Below, piece after piece: positions 19,560 to 29,577 of a DNA stretch of 64,000 nt. The number at the start of each line of letters is the position of its first letter. The first letter of the stretch is position 1. The translations under genes and the position numbers were made by a program. Below the pieces are notes generated by a model that did no database searches, had not been told where the DNA came from, and saw only the letters and a list, made by a program, of their open reading frames with translations. The DNA is from an uncultured candidate division Zixibacteria bacterium. Lineage in GTDB: Bacteria; Zixibacteria; MSB-5A5; GN15; PGXB01. Location of the stretch: assembly GCA_963702205.1 (NCBI GenBank), contig OY969724.1:576001-640000 (forward strand). The letters run 5' to 3'.

Positions 19560-20780
19560 TTATTCGTAGCGAAGGGCCACGATCGGGTCCAAAGCGGCGG
19601 CCTTGCGGGCCGGGTAAAAACCGAAGAATATTCCCACCATCGCCGAGAACAGAAAAGACACCAGTATAATTTCCGGATTGATGGCGGTGTAGATGGTGGT
19701 GAATTTATCCAGTATCATTATAACCGCGCCGGACAGTGCTATGCCTATAATACCGCCGCTGACGCTCAGCACGACCGCTTCGGTCAGAAATTGCACCATG
19801 ATATCCGACGCGCGGGCTCCGACCGACAGTCGTATTCCGATTTCCCTGGTTCGCTCGGTTACCGATACCAGCATGATGTTCATGATGCCAATGCCGCCGA
19901 CAATCAAACTGACCGCCGCGATTGCACCCAGAAGAAGAGTCAGGGTTTTGGTGGTTTGGGTGACGGCGTCGGTAATTTCGGTCTGGCTGCGGATGGTAAA
20001 GTCGTCGTCCTGGCCGTATTCAATTTTGTGTGACGCTCGGAGAATGTCGGTCATTTCCTGTTTGGCCGCATCCATGTCCTTGATAGAAACGGCGCTGGCG
20101 TTGATCATGTCGACCCAGCGGCCGCCTTTGAGGCGGTAAAAAACCGTAGTCGAAGGCGCGAGGATGATATCGTCCTGATCCCGTCCCATGCCGCTTTGGC
20201 CTTTGGACTTCAGGACACCGATGACTTTGAACGGGACGTTGCGGATGCGGATATCCTGCCCGGTCGGATCTTCATCCGGGAACAGTTCGTTGGCCACGGT
20301 ACTCCCTAAAAGAGCTACTTTGCGTTTGGCGTCAACGTCCTTTTCCGTGAAAAAAGTACCGTATTTTATTTCCCAGTTGCGAATATTGAAATACTCCGGT
20401 GAAACGCCGACGATTTCGGTCGACCAATTCAGCCCGCCGCCGATAACCTGGGCTCCGGAGTTGACAACCGGTGAAACCGCCGACAGGAGAGTCGCCTCTT
20501 TCCTGAGCTTGTCCACGTCGGCGAAACTGAAGCGAACCCGTGTCCCGGCACCCATACGAGCCCCACCGGAACTGGCGCTTCCGGGGAAAGCGATGAGCAG
20601 GTTCGTTCCCAAAGCGTTAATGTTGTTTACGATTTTTTGTTGAGCTCCCTCGCCGACCGAGACCATTATTATGACAGCGCTGACACCGATGATAATACCC
20701 AGCGACGTCAGAAGACTGCGCATGCGGTTTTTAAAAATGCTCTGAAAAGAGGCTTTTAGGAGATTGCGGGTGTTTTTCAT
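19560..20780 (-). CDS. MacB-type ABC permease
   Basis: RSLLTSLGIIIG and GGIGIMNIMLVSVTERTREIGIR. Confidence 0.93.
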   Translation of the reverse strand: MKNTRNLLKASFQSIFKNRMRSLLTSLGIIIGVSAVIIMVSVGEGAQQKIVNNINALGTNLLIAFPGSASSGGARMGAGTRVRFSFADVDKLRKEATLLSAVSPVVNSGAQVIGGGLNWSTEIVGVSPEYFNIRNWEIKYGTFFTEKDVDAKRKVALLGSTVANELFPDEDPTGQDIRIRNVPFKVIGVLKSKGQSGMGRDQDDIILAPSTTVFYRLKGGRWVDMINASAVSIKDMDAAKQEMTDILRASHKIEYGQDDDFTIRSQTEITDAVTQTTKTLTLLLGAIAAVSLIVGGIGIMNIMLVSVTERTREIGIRLSVGARASDIMVQFLTEAVVLSVSGGIIGIALSGAVIMILDKFTTIYTAINPEIILVSFLFSAMVGIFFGFYPARKAAALDPIVALRYE

Positions 20781-21541
20781 GACTGCGTCTCCTTTATTGT
20801 ATCGGCTTCCTGCGGCGGCAGATGCAAAAGGTCTTCGGCCGCCCGGCGTTGCTGAGGGACTTCGCGGTCTCGCAGGATGTGTCCGTCGCGCATCAATATC
20901 ACCCGTTTGGAATAAGCCGCGATGTCCTGCTCATGGGTTACGAGAATAATCGTAATGCCCTGATCGTTCAGTTCCTGAAACAGGGCCAGTATTTCGATCG
21001 AGGTGCGGCTGTCCAGATTGCCGGTCGGTTCATCGGCGAGCAGAATGGATGGCTTGTTTACCAGCGCCCGGGCGATGGCCACTCTCTGCTGTTGTCCTCC
21101 GGAAAGCTGATTGGGTTCGTGATGCATTCGTTCGCCGAGGCCTACTTTTTGGAGCGCATCTTGGGCGGCTTTCAAGGGCTCTTTGATGCGATCGCTGCGG
21201 TCGTAAAACAACGGGAGCAGCACGTTATCGAGCGCGGTGGTGCGAGGCAAAAGATTGAAGACCTGAAATACAAAACCGATATGCTCGTTACGGATAGAGG
21301 CATATTCGTTGTTGGTCAGGCTGTTGACCTCGCGACCGTCGAGAAAGTACTCCCCCGAGGTCGGCCGGTCGAGACAGCCGAGGATATTCATAAGAGTTGA
21401 TTTGCCCGAACCCGACGAGCCCATTATGGCGACCAGTTCGCCCTCACCGACGGTTACGTTAACACCCCTCAGGGCGTGCACGTCGATTTCACCGACGCGG
21501 TAAGTGCGGATGATATTTTTGGCTTCTATAATCGTTTTCAT
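20777..21541 (-). CDS. MacB/LolD-type ABC ATPase
   Basis: [16 protein letters not shown] and [11 protein letters not shown]. Confidence 0.95.
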   Translation of the reverse strand: MKTIIEAKNIIRTYRVGEIDVHALRGVNVTVGEGELVAIMGSSGSGKSTLMNILGCLDRPTSGEYFLDGREVNSLTNNEYASIRNEHIGFVFQVFNLLPRTTALDNVLLPLFYDRSDRIKEPLKAAQDALQKVGLGERMHHEPNQLSGGQQQRVAIARALVNKPSILLADEPTGNLDSRTSIEILALFQELNDQGITIILVTHEQDIAAYSKRVILMRDGHILRDREVPQQRRAAEDLLHLPPQEADTIKETQS

Positions 21542-21551
21542 CGGTGTCTCG

Positions 21552-22814
21552 TCAAAATAAACGCGGACCCATTCTCGGGCCGCTCGTCTGGTTAGTGCTC
21601 TGTGACGATGACGACGTTTCGTCGCCAGAGATAACTTTCATGCCTTCTTCGATATCGCGGCCGAAAACTATTTCGGTATCGGTGCCGTCGGTCAGACCGG
21701 TTTTCACCGGCTCGGCGGTCAGTTCGCCTTTGACGTCGAGAAACCAGAGCATAGTCATATTGGGCCGGTGGCCATTTGCGTGGTTACCGCCGTTCGCGCC
21801 CGGAGATGTCGGTCGTCCGGAAGTGCCGGTGCTGTCGTTCCCGCCGTTTCTTTCCGCCCGCTGCTGCTTGATTTTATCCATGACCTTCTGCATGGTCTCG
21901 GAGTCCGGCCGGTAATTCAGGGCTTTGTTGGCAACCATCAGGACGTTGTCCTTTTGCTCGATGATGAAATCGACGGTGGCCGTCATGCCCGGCATAAGCA
22001 GGTCGTCTTTGTTGTCGGCATTGACCACGACCGTGTAGGTAACGACGTTGGAAACCGTCTGCGGCTGCATACGCACCTGCTTGACGATCCCCTCGAATTC
22101 CTTATCGGCATAAGTGGCGACCTCGAACCGGACCTTCTGTCCTTCCTTTATCTGGCCGATATCGCTTTCATCGACGTCGACCAGTATTTCCATGTGGGAC
22201 AGGTCCTGGGCAATCTCGAACAGGGTTGGCGCCGACAGGCTGGCGGCGACGGTCTGCCCCGCCTCGATGTTTTTCTGTATGACGACCCCGTCGATGGGTG
22301 ACCTGATAACGGCGTACTTAAGATTTTGTTTTGCCCGCACCAGGGACGCCTCGGCCGATTTTAACGTGGCTTTTTGACTGACAGCATTGGATTTGGCGTT
22401 TATATAATCGCCCTCAGATATCATTTTCTTGTCAAAAAGTTCCTGGCTCTGGCCGAGCTGATAATCGGCCTGATTCACTAACGCTTGTGCGCGTTCGACG
22501 CTGGCCTCGGCGTCTTCGACCGATGCCTTAAGAAGGGTCGTATCGAGGACAGCCAAAAGCTGGCCCTGGACGACTTGATCGTTGAAGTCGACATAAACCG
22601 AGTCGAGCGTTCCGGATACCTGTGTGCCGACGTCGACCACGGTGATCGGGTTTAAAGTCCCGGTCGACGAAATCGTGTTTTCGATGTTGCCCTTGGTAAT
22701 AGTGGCAAACTGGAATTTGGCTGACTCTTTGTTGCTCATGGATTTAACCATGGCGTATGCGGCCGCGGCCAGAATCAAAACGGCCACTATGTATATAATA
22801 GTTTTTTTCCTCAA
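21552..22814 (-). CDS. MacA-type membrane fusion protein
   Basis: N-terminal TM, VGTQVSG and GQTVAASLSAPTLF; TTG start with ggagg RBS. Confidence 0.92.
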   Translation of the reverse strand: MRKKTIIYIVAVLILAAAAYAMVKSMSNKESAKFQFATITKGNIENTISSTGTLNPITVVDVGTQVSGTLDSVYVDFNDQVVQGQLLAVLDTTLLKASVEDAEASVERAQALVNQADYQLGQSQELFDKKMISEGDYINAKSNAVSQKATLKSAEASLVRAKQNLKYAVIRSPIDGVVIQKNIEAGQTVAASLSAPTLFEIAQDLSHMEILVDVDESDIGQIKEGQKVRFEVATYADKEFEGIVKQVRMQPQTVSNVVTYTVVVNADNKDDLLMPGMTATVDFIIEQKDNVLMVANKALNYRPDSETMQKVMDKIKQQRAERNGGNDSTGTSGRPTSPGANGGNHANGHRPNMTMLWFLDVKGELTAEPVKTGLTDGTDTEIVFGRDIEEGMKVISGDETSSSSQSTNQTSGPRMGPRLF

Positions 22815-23069
22815 AGCAGAACCTCCATTATTATCTATAACACTTTTACATATCCTTTGACATACAGTCTGAAAAAAAGACTAATCAATCCTTTGGGGAC
22901 GGAATGATATAAAAAAATAGCAAGAAGGCTCTGTGCAAATATCCATCAGATGTCATTACCGGGTATCGCGGACGCATCGAACCAGATTGTCGGTTCGGAT
23001 TGATGAACATAGTCGATTACGTATAGGATGCCCGGCGGGTTGGAGAAAACATCACCGTCGAAATCGACT

Positions 23070-23432
23070 CTAATCGTCGGACAGGACCCTGAAAACCCGG
23101 GCGCGGGTGCCATCGTTGAAGAGCACGTCCTGTTCGATGATCTGGCGGATCTTTTCGGGCGAGATTTTGTCGGGATCGTAGGCGAAGACGACTTTATGCT
23201 CGGCGGCATACGTCGTGATGCCGTTGATGCCGTCGACGCCGTCAAAAAACGAAATAAAAAAATCCGACGTGCCCTTGCATTTGACGCCGTCGACAATCCA
23301 CTCGATATGTTTGCCCTGGCCGTCGCCGACTTTCATGATGGCGGTCGGTTTGGTAAAGGCGGTCCGCAGGAAAAATCCGGCGAACAGCGCGACAACGACG
23401 AGTATCGGCAGAAGCAGTTTGGGAATTCTCAT
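23070..23432 (-). CDS. Membrane-anchored HMA-like domain protein
   Basis: N-terminal TM, VDGVKCKGT and YDPDKISPEKIRQII. Confidence 0.65.
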   Translation of the reverse strand: MRIPKLLLPILVVVALFAGFFLRTAFTKPTAIMKVGDGQGKHIEWIVDGVKCKGTSDFFISFFDGVDGINGITTYAAEHKVVFAYDPDKISPEKIRQIIEQDVLFNDGTRARVFRVLSDD

Positions 23433-23441
23433 AACAATATC

Positions 23442-24206
23442 CTATACTCCGGCCCGAAGGCTGAGAACGCCGTCCTCAGGACAGGCCTCGACGCATTCCA
23501 GGCAGTTAGTACAATCACGATCGCGCACTTTGACGCGGGTTTGCACCGGGATATCCTGCGGGCACGAAATCCGGCACAGACCGCAGTCGGTGCATTCTCG
23601 TTCGTCGCGGTAAATTTTGGCGAGTCCGAGACGACCGAAGGGGTCCATGACCGCTCCGAGCGGGCACAGGTAGCGGCAGAAAAACATCGGAATCAAAAAC
23701 ATCCCGACGACGGTGGCCCCGAGCACGATGTACGACACCAGGCCGACGGTACCGTGGCCGAAGCCGGAGAAGATCAGATAGTACGGGTCGTAGCCGCGAA
23801 GGATCAGTTCCCCGGCGTCGAAAGTCAGGTATAAAAATATAACCAGCAGAGGGTAGCGGATGAGTTTCAGCGCGGCGTTGAGGCGCGGTCCGGGATGAGT
23901 TTTCTTTTTGAATATTTTGTTTCCCGCCCGGCCGAGCAGTTCGCCGATAAAGCCTATTGGGCAGGCCCAGCCGCAGAACGATTTTTTGGACAAAAGAGCC
24001 AGAACCAGGACGGCGACGAGCATCGACAGGTTCAGCGCTCCGAGGGCACAGGTGAATTCACCGGCGGTGATAAGACCCCAGAGGCCCTCCACCCCGCCGA
24101 ACGGACAGTACGCCTCGAACGATCTTTCTCCATAGCCGAGGGCCAGGTATAAAACCAGTCCCAACACGATGCTCATTATGCTGTAGCGAACAATCCGGGT
24201 TTTCAT
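23442..24206 (-). CDS. NapH/MauN-like membrane polyferredoxin
   Basis: CGWACP and CRYLCP motifs plus two CxxCxxCxxxCP motifs. Confidence 0.88.
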   Translation of the reverse strand: MKTRIVRYSIMSIVLGLVLYLALGYGERSFEAYCPFGGVEGLWGLITAGEFTCALGALNLSMLVAVLVLALLSKKSFCGWACPIGFIGELLGRAGNKIFKKKTHPGPRLNAALKLIRYPLLVIFLYLTFDAGELILRGYDPYYLIFSGFGHGTVGLVSYIVLGATVVGMFLIPMFFCRYLCPLGAVMDPFGRLGLAKIYRDERECTDCGLCRISCPQDIPVQTRVKVRDRDCTNCLECVEACPEDGVLSLRAGV

Positions 24207-24309
24207 GCTTTCTCCGTGTCAAAGCCCGGAATGTAAGCAAAAACGCGGGTTCTGGCAAATGGTTTTGGCGGGAAGGCCGTGTAAATCAATCCAAAAAAGC
24301 CAAGGGCGT

Positions 24310-25089
24310 CTATAATGAGCCTTCAAGTATTTTATAGAATTTGGCTTTGGCGTTGCGCTCGATCCAGGGATAGTGGCCGCAGTCGGGCAGGATATGAAAG
24401 ACGACGTTCCTGAGGCAGCTTTCCAGAAACGGACGGATGCCGTCGATCGGGTGCGGGTCGTAAGCTCCGTGGATGACTACCACCGGAGCGGTGATTTGAG
24501 TGAACAGGCTTTTCAGATAGCCCGGCTTGTCGCGAAGCGCCGTGAACTGGGGCCAGACGCCGGTGAAGACGTCGTACTGCGTTTCGATGACTTCAATGTC
24601 GGTGGTGATGGGATCGTGCATGTCGGTCTTGTCGAGCATCTTCCCCCACTCGCTCATGAGGACGTTTCGGCGCTGCTGGTCGGCGGTTCTGATCTCGCTT
24701 TGAATTTCCGCGTGCCGAAGGCGGTCTTTTTCGGACAGCCGGGACATCCTGATATTTTCGATTTGGGCCGAGCTTTCAGAGTTGAATACAGCCGAGCCGA
24801 CCAGTATGAGTTTTCTAATCATCTCCGGTAGATGCGCCGCCAGGAGCAGGGCCAGGATCGCGCCCCACGATGAACCGATTAGTGTCGCGGGCAAGTCACA
24901 ATGACTATCGAGTTGATTTTTCAGTTCTTGTATTTGCCAATCGAGTGTAGCGGCGCTTTGCAGCGGTTCCACGACGCCGCGTTTGGCGGATAGCTCGCGG
25001 GCGACGGGCGCCATATATCCCGGTGCGCCCGGACCGCCGTGCAGGACGGCCGTCTGGTAGGGAGCCGGGCCGTATTTTCGGACAGTCAT
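24310..25089 (-). CDS. Alpha/beta hydrolase (proline iminopeptidase-like)
   Basis: HGGPG, GSSWG nucleophile elbow, GHYPW; likely start MTVRKYG. Confidence 0.85.
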   Translation of the reverse strand: MTVRKYGPAPYQTAVLHGGPGAPGYMAPVARELSAKRGVVEPLQSAATLDWQIQELKNQLDSHCDLPATLIGSSWGAILALLLAAHLPEMIRKLILVGSAVFNSESSAQIENIRMSRLSEKDRLRHAEIQSEIRTADQQRRNVLMSEWGKMLDKTDMHDPITTDIEVIETQYDVFTGVWPQFTALRDKPGYLKSLFTQITAPVVVIHGAYDPHPIDGIRPFLESCLRNVVFHILPDCGHYPWIERNAKAKFYKILEGSL

Positions 25090-25195
25090 CTTTGTTTGCA
25101 CCGTTCCGAATTCATATTCGTAATAATGCCTAATGGAAGAACGGTCGCAACAATAAAGCGCGATATCCGTCAATATGAATATTAATTGAGATAAT

Positions 25196-25419
25196 ATTTT
25201 GGAGCCAGCTATGAGGCGCGCGTGTTTTTGCAATATTTGCGAAGCGAGATGGGTGACGATACATTCGGTGAGCTCTGTCGGGATCTGTTTACTCGGGGCG
25301 TTAAAAGCAGTGAAGAGATTAAAAAAACAATAGTGCAATATCTTCCCGGATCAGAGGAAGATATTTACTTGTGGTTGTCGACCAATGAATTCCCGGAGCG
25401 ATTTAGAATAACCCGGTAG
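25196..25419 (+). pseudogene. Possible orphan 3' gene remnant (peptidase-like helical C-terminus)
   Basis: FLQYLRSEMGDDTFGELCRDLF reads like a protein, but there is an in-frame stop upstream and no start/RBS. Confidence 0.3.
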
Positions 25420-25442
25420 AGTCGTGTTGCGATGACGTTCAG

Positions 25443-25890
25443 TTAATCGTCGTCATCGCCTTTGGGTATGTCGCCGCCGTGGGCTTTAACCCAGTTGAAT
25501 ATAATTTCCTTTTCGCGCTGGTCGGGTTTGGCCGCTGAGTGCATTATCAGGTATGTCGACGGCGGCATGTCGCCGCCTTTTACTTCCTCGCCGACGCCCT
25601 CGGCGATTTTGGCCTTTTTCAGGTCGGAGTAGGTACCCCAGTCGGAGAAGTCAAAATGGTGCCGACCCTCGTTAACGTCACTGGCCACCAGCCACGATAC
25701 CGGCGCGACGTGTGATGTACCACGGCCAAACGGTCTCATTGGAATGACAGTCATAGCACGATTTCTGGAACGCGGCTTTGACGTCGGCGGGGCCGTCGAA
25801 ATCGGCCGTGACCGGCGGGTTGGTCTTGGTAACCGGAATGAACTGGATTAATATCAATGCGGCGAAAATGCCCAGAATAATAATTTTCAT
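25443..25890 (-). CDS. Haem-binding-domain c-type cytochrome, split by a +1 frameshift at about 25716
   Basis: CYDCH, WPWY|SHVAPVSWLV...GRHHFDFSDW...MPP. Confidence 0.82.
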
Positions 25891-26104
25891 AGTATGCGGC
25901 CTCCCCAAAAAATGTAGTTATCAATTTAAACCGCAAAATCATGAGATTGTTGCATTTAATCAACTAACAAATATTGGACTTTTGGGTCACGTCAAAGCAG
26001 AGGGTCTGAGAATATAAGCAAAATATTCGCAAAAATAATTCAAGAAACCGCTTGACAAAGCCGACAAGTAATAACATATTGACATGCGATTAGGAGAATA
26101 TGAG

Positions 26105-26518
26105 ATGATATCGAAAACCGGAATACACGCTGCGCTGGCCCTGACTTTTCTGGCCGGTCTAAACCCGGGCGAATACGCCGGGGCGGCCCAGATCGCCGAT
26201 GAGGTCGGAGCGCCACGCAATTATCTCGGCAAACTGCTCAAGCTGCTTGGTGAGCAGGGATTGCTCGACTCCCAGAAAGGATTTGGCGGCGGGTTCCGTC
26301 TGGCCAAAGCGCCGGAGAAAATATCGCTTTATGATATTGTCGAGCCACTGGATAAAGTGAGCAAATGGAACGGCTGTTTTCTGGGGCGGGCACGCTGTTC
26401 GGATAAGGCTCCCTGCGCGGTCCACGAAAAGTGGTCGGTTATCCGCGAGGATTATCTTCGTTTCTTAAAAGAAACCACGGTCGCCCGGCTGGCGCGAAAG
26501 GAAGCCTCGATAAAATAG
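26105..26518 (+). CDS. Rrf2 family Fe-S transcriptional regulator
   Basis: YLGKLL...SQKGFGGGFRLAK; three Cys plus His (CFLGRARC...CAVH). Confidence 0.92.
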   Translation: MISKTGIHAALALTFLAGLNPGEYAGAAQIADEVGAPRNYLGKLLKLLGEQGLLDSQKGFGGGFRLAKAPEKISLYDIVEPLDKVSKWNGCFLGRARCSDKAPCAVHEKWSVIREDYLRFLKETTVARLARKEASIK

Positions 26519-26580
26519 TATGTATTTTTTATGAGAAATTAAGATAATGGCATGTGATTATATACAGAAAGGAGTTTCTT

Positions 26581-27177
26581 ATGAAACCGACTGAAATTCT
26601 TTCAAACGAACACAGGGTAATTGAAATCGCCCTGGACTGCCTCGACGGCATTGTCGCGCGGGCGGAAAAAGACGGTCGCCTCGATCGGCCAGCCGCCGAA
26701 AAAGTGATCGACATAATTCGCAATTTCGCCGACCGCTGTCATCACGGCAAAGAAGAAAGCCACCTGTTTGCGGCTCTGGTCGAAAAAGGTATCCCCCGCG
26801 ACGGCGGCCCGGTCGGGCAGATGCTTCGCGAGCACGAAATGGGGCGGGGTTTTGTCGCCGGGATGGATGAAAATCTCTCGGCGGCTTCTGAGGGCGACGA
26901 GACGTCGCTGACTCGTTTTGCCGAAAATGCCCGCAATTATGTCGAGTTGCTTCGTAACCATATTCAAAAGGAAGATCGGGTGTTGTTTCCGGTTGCGGAT
27001 CGTATGCTCGACGATCAGGATCAGGACCGGGTGCTGGCGGCGTTCGGAAAAGTGGAATCAGAGCACATGGGTGAGGGGACTCACGACAAATATATAAAAA
27101 TGATAACGGAGCTGGCGCATGATTTCGGCGTTGAGCACGACCATCTGCACCATGCCTCGTGCAATTGCTCGCACTGA
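26581..27177 (+). CDS. Hemerythrin-domain protein
   Basis: EH, HHGKEE, EH and HIQKED motifs. Confidence 0.9.
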   Translation: MKPTEILSNEHRVIEIALDCLDGIVARAEKDGRLDRPAAEKVIDIIRNFADRCHHGKEESHLFAALVEKGIPRDGGPVGQMLREHEMGRGFVAGMDENLSAASEGDETSLTRFAENARNYVELLRNHIQKEDRVLFPVADRMLDDQDQDRVLAAFGKVESEHMGEGTHDKYIKMITELAHDFGVEHDHLHHASCNCSH

Positions 27178-27233
27178 CGGCGGCGGTTTTGACTTTGTGA
27201 GCTTTTTGATAAGCCGATGGAAAGGGGAATAAT

Positions 27234-29507
27234 ATGAAAAGGTTGTGGACGGCGTTTTTGCTGGTAATAATAATCTCTTTCGGTGTCCTCGGCTGGGCCG
27301 GGTTCAGGATATACCAGCAAAAGCCGCCGATTCCGGACAGTGTCGTCACGACCGACGGCCAAATGATCGTCCCGCCGGGTGAAGTCATGGCCGGGCAGAA
27401 CGTTTGGCGGGCGATGGGCGGCATGGAACTGGGGTCGATCTGGGGGCACGGTAGTTATGTCGCGCCGGACTGGACGGCCGACTGGCTGCACCGTGAATGT
27501 ATGTTCATTCTCAATGCGTGGTCGCAGTCGAATTACAGAACCGAGTATGATAATTTAGACGGTGAACAACAGGCGGTCCTCAAGGAGCGCCTTAAGGAGA
27601 TGATGCGTCGCAATACGTATGACGTCTCCACTGGACAGATTGTTCTTGATCCGATTCGGGCCGAGGCGTTCGCGAATAACGTCGATTATTACACGAAGCT
27701 TTTCATCGAAGGCAACGAAGAGTATGCCATACCGGAAAATACGCTGACCGATAAAGGCAGGATTCGCGAACTGGCGTCGTTCTTCTTCTGGTCGGCGTGG
27801 GCGGCGTCGACCGACCGTCCCGGTGAGAGCATGACTTACACCAGCAACTGGCCGCACGAACCGCTGATCGACAACAACCCGACCAGCGACGCCATCATCT
27901 GGACCGGTTTCAGCATCATCATGCTCCTGGCCGGTATCGGGCTTCTGGTATGGTACCATGCGTCTCAAAAGAAAAATCCGTTGGCCGAGCGGATTCCCGA
28001 TACCGATCCCCTGCTGAATTCAAAAGCGACGCCGTCGCAGAAAGCGATTGTCAAATATTTCTGGGCGGTAGCCGGACTGTTTTTAATACAGATGCTTATG
28101 GGGGTCATATCGGCGCACTATGGGGTCGAGGGTAACGGATTTTACGGTATCCCGCTGGCCAAATGGCTGCCGTACGCCGTAACCCGCACCTGGCACACCC
28201 AGCTTGGTATATTCTGGATTGCGACCGCCTGGCTCGCGGCCGGGCTGTTTATCGGACCGGCGGTGAGCGGTGTGGAACTTCGGGGACAAAGGCTCGGGGT
28301 CAACGTGCTGTTTGTCGCTCTGGTTACTGTCGTGGTGGGATCGCTGACGGGCGAATGGTTGAGTGTCAAAGGGTACCTTACCGGCGACAGCTGGTTCTGG
28401 TTCGGGCATCAGGGTTTCGAGTATGTCGATCTCGGGCGCGTCTGGCAGATCGGGTTGTTGATCGGGCTGGGTTTGTGGTTGTACCTCGTCGGGCGAAATG
28501 TAATGATAGGCATAAGAAAAGGCGGCGAACAAAAGCCGCTTCTGACCATGTTTCTGATTTCGACGGTGGCCATCAGTGGTTTTTACATGGCCGGATTGAT
28601 GTGGGGCAAGAACACGCATTTGTCGCTGGCGGAATACTGGCGCTGGTGGGTAGTGCACTTGTGGGTCGAGGGATTTTTCGAAGTTTTCGCGACGGCGGTC
28701 ATCGCGTTTTTATTTTCCCGTCTGGGGCTGGTTCGTCTCAAAAGCGCCAATTCGGCGGTGTTGTTTTCGACGACTATATTTCTGACCGGCGGAATAATCG
28801 GAACGCTGCACCATCTTTATTTTGCGGGCACGCCGACGGTGGTCATGGCGCTCGGGGCCATTTTCAGTGCGCTTGAAGTGGTTCCGCTGACTATTATCGG
28901 TTTCGAGGCGTGGGATAATATCCGTTTGGCCCGATCCACGGAATGGGCCCGGAAATATCGCTGGCCGATATACTTCTTTGTCGCGGTGGCGTTCTGGAAT
29001 ATGGTCGGAGCGGGGTTGTTCGGGTTCATGATCAACCCGCCGATTGCACTGTATTACATGCAGGGGCTCAACACGACACCGGTCCACGCGCACACCGCCT
29101 TATTCGGAGTGTACGGTATGTTGGGGTTGGGGCTTATGCTCTTCTGTCTGAGGGTGTTATACGTGCGCCGCGACTGGAAGGATAAGATAATCAAGCTGGC
29201 GTTCTGGGCGATCAATATCGGGCTGGCTTTGATGGTGCTTTTGAGCCTGCTGCCGGTCGGTTTCATGCAGACCTGGGCGTCGGTGGAGCATGGATACTGG
29301 TTCGCCCGTTCCAGCGAATTTCTTTATTCGCCGACGGTCACGGTTTTCAAATGGCTGCGGGCTCCCGGGGATATTATATTCGCGTTAGGGATACTGACAC
29401 TGGTGCTGTTCGTTTTCGGCCTGGCGACGGGTTACTCATTACTAAAGGATAAACCGCGAGAACCATCACCATCGGAGACGAAAGAAAAGCCAAAGGCTGT
29501 CGCATAA
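27234..29507 (+). CDS. norB: Quinol-dependent nitric oxide reductase (qNOR)
   Basis: GSIWGHGSY, WWVVHLWVEG, GTLHH and HAH motifs; 757 aa. Confidence 0.95.
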   Translation: MKRLWTAFLLVIIISFGVLGWAGFRIYQQKPPIPDSVVTTDGQMIVPPGEVMAGQNVWRAMGGMELGSIWGHGSYVAPDWTADWLHRECMFILNAWSQSNYRTEYDNLDGEQQAVLKERLKEMMRRNTYDVSTGQIVLDPIRAEAFANNVDYYTKLFIEGNEEYAIPENTLTDKGRIRELASFFFWSAWAASTDRPGESMTYTSNWPHEPLIDNNPTSDAIIWTGFSIIMLLAGIGLLVWYHASQKKNPLAERIPDTDPLLNSKATPSQKAIVKYFWAVAGLFLIQMLMGVISAHYGVEGNGFYGIPLAKWLPYAVTRTWHTQLGIFWIATAWLAAGLFIGPAVSGVELRGQRLGVNVLFVALVTVVVGSLTGEWLSVKGYLTGDSWFWFGHQGFEYVDLGRVWQIGLLIGLGLWLYLVGRNVMIGIRKGGEQKPLLTMFLISTVAISGFYMAGLMWGKNTHLSLAEYWRWWVVHLWVEGFFEVFATAVIAFLFSRLGLVRLKSANSAVLFSTTIFLTGGIIGTLHHLYFAGTPTVVMALGAIFSALEVVPLTIIGFEAWDNIRLARSTEWARKYRWPIYFFVAVAFWNMVGAGLFGFMINPPIALYYMQGLNTTPVHAHTALFGVYGMLGLGLMLFCLRVLYVRRDWKDKIIKLAFWAINIGLALMVLLSLLPVGFMQTWASVEHGYWFARSSEFLYSPTVTVFKWLRAPGDIIFALGILTLVLFVFGLATGYSLLKDKPREPSPSETKEKPKAVA

Positions 29508-29533
29508 AATAGTACTATTTTCTCTTAAGATAT

Positions 29534-29567
29534 AACCCGGTTTTTATGATATATTAAAAGCCGGGTT
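29534..29567. terminator. Hairpin between convergent genes (bidirectional terminator)
   Basis: aacccggttttt...aaaagccgggtt. Confidence 0.55.
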
Positions 29568-29577
29568 TAATTTTGGA

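Noticed and set aside
25090..25338. 82-aa N-terminal extension of the alpha/beta hydrolase
   Set aside because: Family-like sequence begins at MTVRKYG; the extension overlaps a probable opposite-strand remnant.
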